Origin: an uncultured Alphaproteobacteria bacterium
GTDB taxonomy: Bacteria > Pseudomonadota > Alphaproteobacteria > Rs-D84
Length of the DNA stretch: 64,000 nt
Reading direction: 5' to 3'
Assembly: GCA_947367055.1 (NCBI GenBank)
Contig: CANBCI010000003.1
Coordinates: forward strand, 92,713-156,712
The notes beneath the pieces were generated by a model that saw only the letters and a program-made list of their open reading frames with translations, ran no database searches and was not told where the DNA came from. Position numbers and translations under genes: made by a program. How positions within the stretch are numbered: the stretch's first letter is position 1; each line of letters opens with the position of its first letter. Of this stretch, positions 1 to 7,676 are shown in pieces.

Positions 1-1754
1 ATAAAACGGCCGAGGCTTACATTGTATATCGTAAAAAGCGTTCGGAAATCCGCGACGCGTCTGTCAACGCAATCGAAGTAATCGAGGGATATGTCGGCGG
101 TTCCAATTGGCGTATTAAGGAAAACGCAAACGTCGGATATTCAATCGGCGGATTGATTCTGCGCACATGCGAACGCGTAACGGCGGAATACTGGTTGAAC
201 CTGTATCCGCGCGAAATTGCAGATGCACACAAAAACGCCGCAATACATATTCACGATTTGGGGTGGCTGACTGGCTACTGTGCGGGGTGGTCATTGCGCG
301 AACTGCTGTACGAAGGGTTTAACGGTGTTCCGGGTTTTGTACACTGTGATCCGGCAAAACACATGGCGACCGCGATTTCACACATGGTGAATTTCCTTGG
401 CACGCTTCAGAACGAATTTGCCGGCGCCCAGGCGTTTTCATCCGTCGACACATACCTTGCGCCATACGTGCGCATTGACAACCTGTCCTATGACGATGTA
501 AAAAATGCAATGCAAACGCTGGTCTTTAACTGCGCGGTACCGTGCCGTTGGGGGACCCAGACGCCTTTCATCAATTTCACATTTGACTGGACATGTCCGA
601 CTGATTTGAAATCGCAGCATCCGTTTATCGGTAAAAAACAGGTTGATTTCACCTATGGCGATTTGCAGGCGGAAATGGACATGATAAACCGCGCGTTTAT
701 AGAGGTCATGACAGAAGGTGACGCATTGGGCCGTCCGTTTACATTCCCGATTCCGACATATAACATCACGTCGGATTTCCCGTGGGAACACCCGAATGTA
801 AAGCCATTGTTTGAACTGGCGGCGAAATACGGAATTCCGAATTTCCAAAATTTCTTAAATTCTGATTTGAACCCGACCGACGTCCGTTCAATGTGCTGCA
901 GACTGCGTCTGGATGTACGCGAATTGCTAAAGCGCGGCGGTGGTCTGTTTGGTTCGGCGGAAAAGACCGGTTCTATCGGCGTTGTCACAATCAACCTATC
1001 GCGGCTGGGTTATACGCACAAGGGTGACCGCGACGGACTGTTTGCGGAATTAAAGCGTTTGCTGGAACTGGGGCGCGATTCATTGGAAATCAAGCGCAAG
1101 ATTATCAGCAAAAATATGGAACGCGGCCTTTATCCGTTCACCAAAAGATACCTGGGCGACTGGAATCACCATTTCTCGACCATTGGTGTAAACGGTGCAA
1201 ATGAAATGGTTCGTAATTTCACGGGCGACCGCGAAAATATCGCCACCCCCATGGGCAAGAAACTGGTTCTGGACGTTATGGATTTCATACGCGAACACTT
1301 GGCCAATTTCCAGGAACAAACCGGAAACCTATATAATTTGGAGGCGACACCGGCCGAAGGTTGCTCTTACCGGTTCGCAAAAACGGACGTCAAGAATTTC
1401 CCGGACATTATCACTGCGGGAACGCCTGATGCCCCATACTACACCAATTCGACGCAGTTGCCGGTGAACTTTACGGACGACCCGTTTGTCGCCCTGGAAC
1501 ATCAGGAAGAATTACAGCGTAAATACACGGGGGGCACAATGCTGCACCTGTACATGGGCGAACCCGTGTCATCCGGGGATGCGGCGCAAAAGATTGTACG
1601 CACGATTTTTGAAAACTACAAAATTCCGTACATGACACTGACACCGACATTCTCGATATGTCCAAAGCATGGCTATTTGGCGGGTAATTTTGAATTCTGT
1701 CCGAAATGCGACGCGGAAATCGCCGCAAATGGGCAGGCATCAAACGAACAATAA
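1..1754 (+). CDS. nrdD: Anaerobic (class III) ribonucleoside-triphosphate reductase; N-terminus lies off-window and the frame stops just after the C-terminal Zn-ribbon
   Basis: The frame is open from nt 3 (KTAEAYIVYRKKRSEIRD...). The sequence is NrdD-like throughout, and the C-terminus CPKHG...FCPKCD is the Zn-ribbon. No glycyl-radical loop occurs in this frame. Confidence 0.9.
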   Translation, partial: KTAEAYIVYRKKRSEIRDASVNAIEVIEGYVGGSNWRIKENANVGYSIGGLILRTCERVTAEYWLNLYPREIADAHKNAAIHIHDLGWLTGYCAGWSLRELLYEGFNGVPGFVHCDPAKHMATAISHMVNFLGTLQNEFAGAQAFSSVDTYLAPYVRIDNLSYDDVKNAMQTLVFNCAVPCRWGTQTPFINFTFDWTCPTDLKSQHPFIGKKQVDFTYGDLQAEMDMINRAFIEVMTEGDALGRPFTFPIPTYNITSDFPWEHPNVKPLFELAAKYGIPNFQNFLNSDLNPTDVRSMCCRLRLDVRELLKRGGGLFGSAEKTGSIGVVTINLSRLGYTHKGDRDGLFAELKRLLELGRDSLEIKRKIISKNMERGLYPFTKRYLGDWNHHFSTIGVNGANEMVRNFTGDRENIATPMGKKLVLDVMDFIREHLANFQEQTGNLYNLEATPAEGCSYRFAKTDVKNFPDIITAGTPDAPYYTNSTQLPVNFTDDPFVALEHQEELQRKYTGGTMLHLYMGEPVSSGDAAQKIVRTIFENYKIPYMTLTPTFSICPKHGYLAGNFEFCPKCDAEIAANGQASNEQ

Positions 1755-1788
1755 AAAAACAAACAAAACACAAAGGGAGGAAAACAAA

Positions 1789-1983
1789 ATGGCAGAAGTC
1801 ACACAGAACACAATCAACAGAACACCGTGCGAAAGATTTTCACGTTCCATGGGTTTTATAAGACCGGTGTCCAATTTCAATATTGGTAAATATTCTGAAT
1901 TCTGTGAAAGAAAGACTTTTAAAGAATCGAACTGCCTGACAACCGGCGCCCGCCACAGTGAACTGATGAAAAAAGCGGCGTAA
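1789..1983 (+). CDS. 64-codon ORF carrying a class III RNR glycyl-radical-loop-like motif (detached NrdD C-terminus)
   Basis: A strong SD (AGGGAGG, 1774-1780) precedes the ATG. The peptide SRSMGFIRPVSNFNIGKYSEFCERK resembles the RxxG[YF]xxPVxx[WF]NxGKxxExxxRK radical loop. Confidence 0.6.
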   Translation: MAEVTQNTINRTPCERFSRSMGFIRPVSNFNIGKYSEFCERKTFKESNCLTTGARHSELMKKAA

Positions 1984-1988
1984 TAAAA

Positions 1989-2693
1989 ATGTCCGAAGTG
2001 CAAATTGGGGGAATGGTACCGTTCACAACCATTGATTTTCCGGGGCGCCTGTCGGCGGTATTATTCCTGTGCGGGTGCCCGGTTCGATGCAAGTATTGTT
2101 CAAACCCCCATTTGCTGGACATTGCGGACGGCGAATACGATCCGGAAAAAACATTTGAATGGATTCGTTCGCGCGTCGGCAGGTTAGAGGCCATCGTCTT
2201 TTCCGGGGGCGAGGCACTGATGCAGGGCGATGCACTGATTGAATACATGCGCCGGGTCAAGGAACTGGGGTTCAATATCTGTCTGCATACGAATGGATTT
2301 TATCCGGAAACATTGATGCGCGCGTCGGATATTGTTGACTGGATCGGCCTTGATTACAAGGCGACATGCGAAAAATATCCCGATTTAACCGGCCAAAATA
2401 TTGCATTTGATCACATGATAAAATCATTGGACGCATGGGTTTTAACCGGCCGCGGATTAGAGGTTCGCACCACCTGCGATCCACGATTTGTGACCAAATC
2501 AGATTTATTGGAAATTGCGCGCGATTGCGCGGGGCGTGGGGTAAAAAATTTTGCCGTGCAAAAATACATTCCACATTTTGAAGATGCCGCCCACCCCGAA
2601 ACAGATGCCGCGGCACGCGAACAGTTCTTTAATGATGACGCATTGCGCGCGGAAATTGACGCAATGTTTGACACCGTCACCTGGCGTGGTTAA
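1989..2693 (+). CDS. nrdG: Anaerobic RNR activating enzyme (radical SAM)
   Basis: It carries a CGCPVRCKYC CX3CX2C cluster motif near the N-terminus. It is 234 aa and lies immediately downstream of nrdD. Confidence 0.85.
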   Translation: MSEVQIGGMVPFTTIDFPGRLSAVLFLCGCPVRCKYCSNPHLLDIADGEYDPEKTFEWIRSRVGRLEAIVFSGGEALMQGDALIEYMRRVKELGFNICLHTNGFYPETLMRASDIVDWIGLDYKATCEKYPDLTGQNIAFDHMIKSLDAWVLTGRGLEVRTTCDPRFVTKSDLLEIARDCAGRGVKNFAVQKYIPHFEDAAHPETDAAAREQFFNDDALRAEIDAMFDTVTWRG

Positions 2694-2702
2694 ACACGCG
2701 CA
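2562..2702. repeat. Direct repeat copy 1 (last 44 codons of nrdG, the stop and 9 nt)
   Basis: 141 bp match 3928-4068 at 136/141 positions. Confidence 0.95.
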
Positions 2703-2705
2703 TGC

Positions 2706-3878
2706 TTAATGGCTGCGCACTTCACGCACTTGATAAGTAATTCTCGCTTGATTTTGCTTAAAAGATTTCTTAATTTGCCGGTCTCTGTTTGTGACTCTTA
2801 TATATCCAATCAACGGGACCATTCCCCATGCAATTTCTGAAAAATTTTGTCTTAACCGCTTGCGCCATGCCATTTGCAGTAATTCTTGCTTTATCTGTTC
2901 AATCGGTTTATTGCGTCCAGTTGCATCCTTATACGGCACAATAATATTCCAATCATAATAACTATGCCATTTAACGGTGCCGTCTTCGCGGAAACTTAAT
3001 TCCATGAACTTGTCGTCACCCGCAATACCACCGCATTGTTTTTCTGGATAAAAGATTTTATAACCGATTTTGTTCTGTGCGGCCCGACCGATACGCATGG
3101 TCGGATTTTCTTCATGAATAACCATGCGTTTATTATTGGCATAGAACACCTGGAAAAACGGAAAAAATAAATCACGCGGTTCAAAACGTAACGGTATTCC
3201 GCGTGCCTTGAAATATTCCGGCTGTAAAACGGTATTGTTTGCCATGCAATAATCCAAACGCGATGACATGATACGAATTTTTGTATTATCAAAATGCTCG
3301 TCGGTGGCAACGCGACATATCAGTTCGCGAACCCCGTCCAATGCGGCTTTTGAACGAAACCTATCAACAGATACATCAAGTTTAAGTATTTTTCCGGCAC
3401 GCGCCAGTTTTGTCTGAATTTTCTGCAAATCCGAATATATCTTGTCACGATTTGGTCCAAATACCCATCGGCAATTTGTTTGAATATTATAAACGTCCGA
3501 ATTTCTCAAATTTATCGAATCAAATACACGCAGCATATAACCGGGTGCAACATCATATATCAAAGACCATTCACCACCGGTCATGCAGGTGCCCTTCCAA
3601 TGTTTCATTGAATTTTGATAATATGCAATATCGGATACCGGCAATACCTGCAATGGGTTATTTGGCCCGGAGCACTCAAAGCAGCGTACACAATTTTCAT
3701 CACACCGATTGGTGCAACGGAACCTAATATCTATCGGGACACCGCGCCATGCGTCCATAAAATGCCGACGCGAAAAGGCCGCGATAAACTTATCCCGAAT
3801 AAACGCAAAAATATTTTGCCGGCCTGCCGCATCCGCATCATTATTGCCCGATATTAAAATAACATTATCTTCATCCAT
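2706..3878 (-). CDS. Radical SAM domain protein, function unknown
   Basis: It carries a CDENCVRC (CX3CX2C) motif. I place the start at the MDEDNVIL Met (3878). The longer ORF call to 4046 reads antisense through repeat copy 2. Confidence 0.6.
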   Translation of the reverse strand: MDEDNVILISGNNDADAAGRQNIFAFIRDKFIAAFSRRHFMDAWRGVPIDIRFRCTNRCDENCVRCFECSGPNNPLQVLPVSDIAYYQNSMKHWKGTCMTGGEWSLIYDVAPGYMLRVFDSINLRNSDVYNIQTNCRWVFGPNRDKIYSDLQKIQTKLARAGKILKLDVSVDRFRSKAALDGVRELICRVATDEHFDNTKIRIMSSRLDYCMANNTVLQPEYFKARGIPLRFEPRDLFFPFFQVFYANNKRMVIHEENPTMRIGRAAQNKIGYKIFYPEKQCGGIAGDDKFMELSFREDGTVKWHSYYDWNIIVPYKDATGRNKPIEQIKQELLQMAWRKRLRQNFSEIAWGMVPLIGYIRVTNRDRQIKKSFKQNQARITYQVREVRSH

Positions 3879-3927
3879 ATCAAGGCATATTTTAATACAA
3901 AAAACATTCTTGTCAACAAAAACAATT

Positions 3928-4068
3928 AAATACATCCCACATTTTGAAGACGCCGCCCACCCCGAAACAGATGCCGCGGCACGCGAACAGTTCTTTAATG
4001 ATGACGCATTGCGCGCGGAAATTGATGCAATGTTTGATACCGTCACATGGCGTGGTTAAACACGCGCA
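3928..4068. repeat. Direct repeat copy 2 (orphan nrdG 3' end)
   Basis: It encodes the same 43-aa peptide KYIPHFED...TVTWRG as nrdG but has no upstream nrdG body. Confidence 0.95.
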
Positions 4069-4101
4069 AAATAAGGTGCCTTCAACTTACACAAAACACA
4101 C

Positions 4102-4130
4102 TTGACAAAAATAACGACAAGTGCTACCAT
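4102..4130 (+). promoter_or_regulatory. Sigma70-like promoter candidate
   Basis: TTGACA, a 17-nt spacer, then TACCAT. Confidence 0.4.
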
Positions 4131-4154
4131 ATTTATAAATTAAAAAGGTCAAAT

Positions 4155-4397
4155 GTGGATAAAAGATTATTGGTTAACTTATCAAAAGCTGTGGCAATGC
4201 CGCTATTAGTAGCGTCCGTCTTAAGCATTATGGTTCGTTCGTTTATACCGCATAATTTTTTAATTACGGCACCGATGACATCTGTATTTTACATTTACCT
4301 TACAAAAATGCGTCACAACACATCATGGCGCAACGCAATTGATATAGCGGCGGCCGAATTTGATAAATTGTGCGAATATTTATCGCGTCGTCGTTAA
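4155..4397 (+). CDS. Small hypothetical membrane protein (GTG start guessed)
   Basis: The frame is open downstream of the promoter candidate and contains a hydrophobic segment (AMPLLVASVLSIMV). No family was recognised. Confidence 0.3.
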   Translation: MDKRLLVNLSKAVAMPLLVASVLSIMVRSFIPHNFLITAPMTSVFYIYLTKMRHNTSWRNAIDIAAAEFDKLCEYLSRRR

Positions 4398-5029
4398 CTA
4401 AAACTGATTTCTTTCTTTGCGCGCCTAAACTTTATTAAATCGGCGGAAAACACATACACGTTCTCGGAATGTTCTTCGCCACCGTTTGCCGCCGTGGCAC
4501 GGTACACCTCGCGTGCACCTTGGGCGCGATAAAAACCGACACTGCAACTGTCGTCTGTATCTATGCGCATTCTTTTAACGCCGCGGGCGGCGGCATCGTG
4601 CATCATTTCCATAAACAGCACGCGTCCCGCCCCGCCGCGATGCCACTTATCAACAATCAATATGTCACATTCCGCATCAAATTGGCGCGCAATACCCGCC
4701 GGCGCATAGTTATAGACATTATAGTATTCACGCAACGCGCCACGGTTCCTTACCGCCAATGGCAAAACGAAATGAACCGCGCGCCAAAAGATGCGCCGAA
4801 ACGCATGACGCCGTGCATTTTTCTGGGAATATCCGGCAAATCCAATCGGCCGACCGTCATTCGCTGTTAAAACCAGCATATCGGTATTTACAGCAAGTAT
4901 TTCGGCGCAGTAAATCCAATCACATAGGCGCCCGGCACCGGTTGACCGCTTGGCCAAATCCCATTCAGCCCCAATCATACGAACCAAATGCCGCGCATCA
5001 CCCAACTTAAAACATCTGATATTATTCAT
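4394..5029 (-). CDS. GNAT-family N-acetyltransferase
   Basis: It has a motif-A-like stretch, VDKWHRGGAGRVLFMEMMHDAAARG. Confidence 0.7.
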   Translation of the reverse strand: MNNIRCFKLGDARHLVRMIGAEWDLAKRSTGAGRLCDWIYCAEILAVNTDMLVLTANDGRPIGFAGYSQKNARRHAFRRIFWRAVHFVLPLAVRNRGALREYYNVYNYAPAGIARQFDAECDILIVDKWHRGGAGRVLFMEMMHDAAARGVKRMRIDTDDSCSVGFYRAQGAREVYRATAANGGEEHSENVYVFSADLIKFRRAKKEISFS

Positions 5030-5070
5030 ATATCAGATTATATCACATCAAACAATGAACCACATAAAAA

Positions 5071-5322
5071 TTATTGTGCCGACGCGTTGTTTTTCTGTCT
5101 GTCTACAAAACCGGCAAAATAAGCCAAATCCATTCCAAGCGCATCCAAAACCTTGGCCAGGCTTTGCAATGACACCCAGCGCGCCTTGCCGTCACGTGTG
5201 TAACGTTTGCTTTTATTAAATGTCGTGGAACTCAATCCGCTTTGCTTGGCCAATCCCGAACAGGATAAATTTTGCGCCGCCGCCATTTCATCCAGCGCAT
5301 TCCAAATTTCTTTATGTGTCAT
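5071..5322 (-). CDS. Small helix-turn-helix DNA-binding protein
   Basis: The HTH reads LSCSGLAKQSGLSSTTFNKSKR. A GGAGAGGGG SD precedes the MTHKEIW start. It is a paralogue of 50744-51016. Confidence 0.6.
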   Translation of the reverse strand: MTHKEIWNALDEMAAAQNLSCSGLAKQSGLSSTTFNKSKRYTRDGKARWVSLQSLAKVLDALGMDLAYFAGFVDRQKNNASAQ

Positions 5323-5487
5323 TTCCCCTCTCCAAAAATTTTTTCTCATACAGCCCATAATTTATTCGGCTTACCGTCTTATTATAGTTGAATAAAGGAA
5401 TAAAATCAACTTAAAGTTATTATGATTTTAATATTTATAAAGTCGCACGCGCACGATAAGGGCCACGGTGATTTTTTACAAAAAAAA

Positions 5488-5516
5488 TTGACACTTGAAA
5501 AATTACGGTCTATACC
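5488..5516 (+). promoter_or_regulatory. Promoter candidate for the DGR operon
   Basis: TTGACA, a 17-nt spacer, then TATACC, about 30 nt upstream of the avd-like ORF. Confidence 0.45.
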
Positions 5517-5546
5517 ACTAAACATAATATTTCCAAAGTTGCAGAC

Positions 5547-6140
5547 ATGACAAACGACAAATTAAGCCGCAATAAGACCATAAAACTGCCCCGCAAAGTA
5601 CAAAACGAGGGCGGCACTGCAAACACAATTGAAGACCTGTTTTCCGTCCGCCAGGGTTCCGCAACCGGATTTGATGTAAAATTCAACAGCGAAAAGGAAC
5701 GCGCCAAAGCCGACCAAATCGACTGCGAATTGGATCAAATTTCCAAAATATCACCGGAATCAAGCGACCTGCTGGTAATAACGCGAACCAAGAAACTGGG
5801 GGCGTACATTTTTGCAATAACAATCAAGACGCCACAGAAATTTCGAAGCATATACATTCGCCGCCTGCATGATTTGTGCATTGACGCATTGGACTGCATG
5901 TACCACGCAAACGCAATAAAGCAGGATTCACCCGCCAACAAACAGCGCCGCGAACAATATCAGACCGATGCGATTATAAAATTAAAATTACTGGGGTATA
6001 TGGCGTTGCTGGCGGAAAATGCGGCATGCATATTACTGCGCCAGTATAAACAAATTTCCATACTGCTGGGCGACGCGATAAATTTGTGCGCGGCCTGGCG
6101 GAAAAGCGACAATGAAAAATGGGAGGCAAAGAACAAATAA
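5547..6140 (+). CDS. avd: DGR accessory variability determinant (Avd)-like four-helix-bundle protein with a basic N-terminal extension of about 70 aa
   Basis: The C-terminal 125 aa or so have the helical heptad pattern of Avd / 23S-IVS-type four-helix-bundle proteins. The gene lies directly upstream of the TR and RT. Confidence 0.6.
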   Translation: MTNDKLSRNKTIKLPRKVQNEGGTANTIEDLFSVRQGSATGFDVKFNSEKERAKADQIDCELDQISKISPESSDLLVITRTKKLGAYIFAITIKTPQKFRSIYIRRLHDLCIDALDCMYHANAIKQDSPANKQRREQYQTDAIIKLKLLGYMALLAENAACILLRQYKQISILLGDAINLCAAWRKSDNEKWEAKNK

Positions 6141-6204
6141 ACAACACACAGATTTGAAATCCGAAAGGTTTCAAGCAAGGGGGAACTTATATTTACGAGC
6201 CGGC

Positions 6205-6317
6205 TTTCTGGTCGGCCTCGTCCAATGAAAACAGTAATGTTCGTTGCGCCGACAATAATGGCGATAAGAATTGGTATAATCCCAAAAATCGCAAAGTTGC
6301 CGGCCGCCCCGATTTGC
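6205..6317 (+). repeat. DGR template repeat (TR)
   Basis: This non-coding 113-nt segment matches 7871-7983. There are 14 mismatches and 13 fall at TR adenines. It contains AAT/AAC/AAA-rich codon-equivalents. Confidence 0.9.
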
Positions 6318-6570
6318 TCTTGAAGAGAAACGACAAAGTTGTGATTGGCAAAGCCACAATGTTTCTATACAACATGCCAGATATGCGGATTTTACATAAA
6401 ACCCGCCCGCGCACAGAGCAAAGGAAGTTTCCTCTTTTCCAACCGCTGTCGGCGATATGCCCAGTGCGGTGGATAAATAAAAAACGCGTCGCGTTTCAAG
6501 AAACATCACGCATTTTAACGCAACCGCTTTATAGTGCTATTGGGTGTTTCTTTTTTTCAATGGTAACAAA

Positions 6571-7620
6571 ATGACACTGGATGAAATATTCACATTTGAA
6601 AACCTGTTTGACGCGCACACGCAATGCCGCCGCGGTAAACAACACAAACGCGGAACGATAATGACGGAACTGGAACTGGGGCAAATCATAAAAAAATTGG
6701 CATCTGATTTAACGCAGCGAAAATACCGGATCGGGAAATATCGTGAATTTAAAATTTACGACCCCAAGGAACGAATAATACGCGCCCTGCCGTACAAGGA
6801 CAGAATGGTTCAAATGTGCTTTTGCAAAAATGCAATGGCGCCACGATTGGAACGGCGCCTGATTTATGACAATGCGGCGTCGCGTACCGGCCGCGGCCCG
6901 GATTTTGCGACGCGGCGCCTGCATGGGTTTATGCGGTCGTCATTTATCACAAACGGCGGCAACGGTGCGTATTTTCTAAAGTGTGACATATCAAAATATT
7001 TCCCCAGCATAAATCATGATATTTTATTGTCAAAACTGCGCCGGGCCGGATTTTCCCCGGATGAAATGTGGTTTATGGAACAAGTAATCCACTCAACAAA
7101 TGCGCCATGCGGCGTGCCCCTGGGCAACCAGACCAGCCAGTGGTTCGCATTGCTGTATCTGGATGAAATAGACCGCCTGATAAAGGAAAAACTGCGCATT
7201 AAATACTATGTGCGATACATGGATGACTTTGTTTTGATTCATTCGGACAAGGCGTTTTTGCAGCAATGCCGCACGGCAATTGAACGCGCCTGTGCGGAAA
7301 AATTGAAACTGCGCCTTAATTCCAAGACACAGATTGGCCGATTAAAAGACGGGCTGGACTTTCTGGGGTTCAACCATAAACTGACCGATACGGGCCGCGT
7401 TATAAAAAAGGTGCGCGCATCCGCCCGCCTGCGCCAGCGTCGCTATCTTAATACAATCGCAAAGTATTATATGAACGACATTGTGGACGATGAATATTTA
7501 CAGGCGCGATGCGCCGCATTTCGGGCGCATTTGGCGGGAACCGGATCACAAAAATTCATAACAAATGAAATAAACAGCCTGCGTCGTCGCAAGCGATTAC
7601 AGCGCAAATGTGGCAAATAA
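6571..7620 (+). CDS. DGR-type reverse transcriptase
   Basis: It carries the YMDD box (YVRYMDDFVLI) and the DGR-diagnostic LGNQTSQ motif ([ILV]GxxxSQ) in place of the retroviral QGxxxSP. About 350 aa. Confidence 0.9.
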   Translation: MTLDEIFTFENLFDAHTQCRRGKQHKRGTIMTELELGQIIKKLASDLTQRKYRIGKYREFKIYDPKERIIRALPYKDRMVQMCFCKNAMAPRLERRLIYDNAASRTGRGPDFATRRLHGFMRSSFITNGGNGAYFLKCDISKYFPSINHDILLSKLRRAGFSPDEMWFMEQVIHSTNAPCGVPLGNQTSQWFALLYLDEIDRLIKEKLRIKYYVRYMDDFVLIHSDKAFLQQCRTAIERACAEKLKLRLNSKTQIGRLKDGLDFLGFNHKLTDTGRVIKKVRASARLRQRRYLNTIAKYYMNDIVDDEYLQARCAAFRAHLAGTGSQKFITNEINSLRRRKRLQRKCGK

Positions 7621-7632
7621 ATATTTAAAACC

Positions 7633-7661
7633 TTGTAAATTGCATAAAAATAGGGTATAAT
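7633..7661 (+). promoter_or_regulatory. Promoter candidate for the target gene
   Basis: TTGTAA, a 17-nt spacer, then TATAAT, in the RT-target gap. Confidence 0.5.
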
Positions 7662-7676
7662 TTCACATAACAGGGG

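Noticed and set aside
2706-4046. The 446-aa ORF as called in the track
   Set aside because: Its first 56 codons read antisense through the duplicated nrdG 3' end, and the same antisense peptide appears at 2411-2680. The internal Met at 3878 is the more plausible start.
6466-6476. DnaA-box-like GGTGGATAA
   Set aside because: It is a single 8/9 match inside the DGR spacer, with no cluster of boxes or AT-rich unwinding element.
6171-6509. 112-aa and 73-aa minus-strand ORFs covering the TR and spacer region
   Set aside because: They lie antisense to a region fully explained by the DGR TR and its spacer. They have no SD or family resemblance and are probably chance ORFs.
6571-7620. The RT as a retron or group II intron reverse transcriptase
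   Set aside because: It carries the DGR-specific LGNQTSQ motif, an adjacent Avd-like gene and a TR/VR pair with adenine-specific mismatches. I saw no msr/msd-like inverted repeats and no intron domain V/VI structures or maturase/endonuclease domains.
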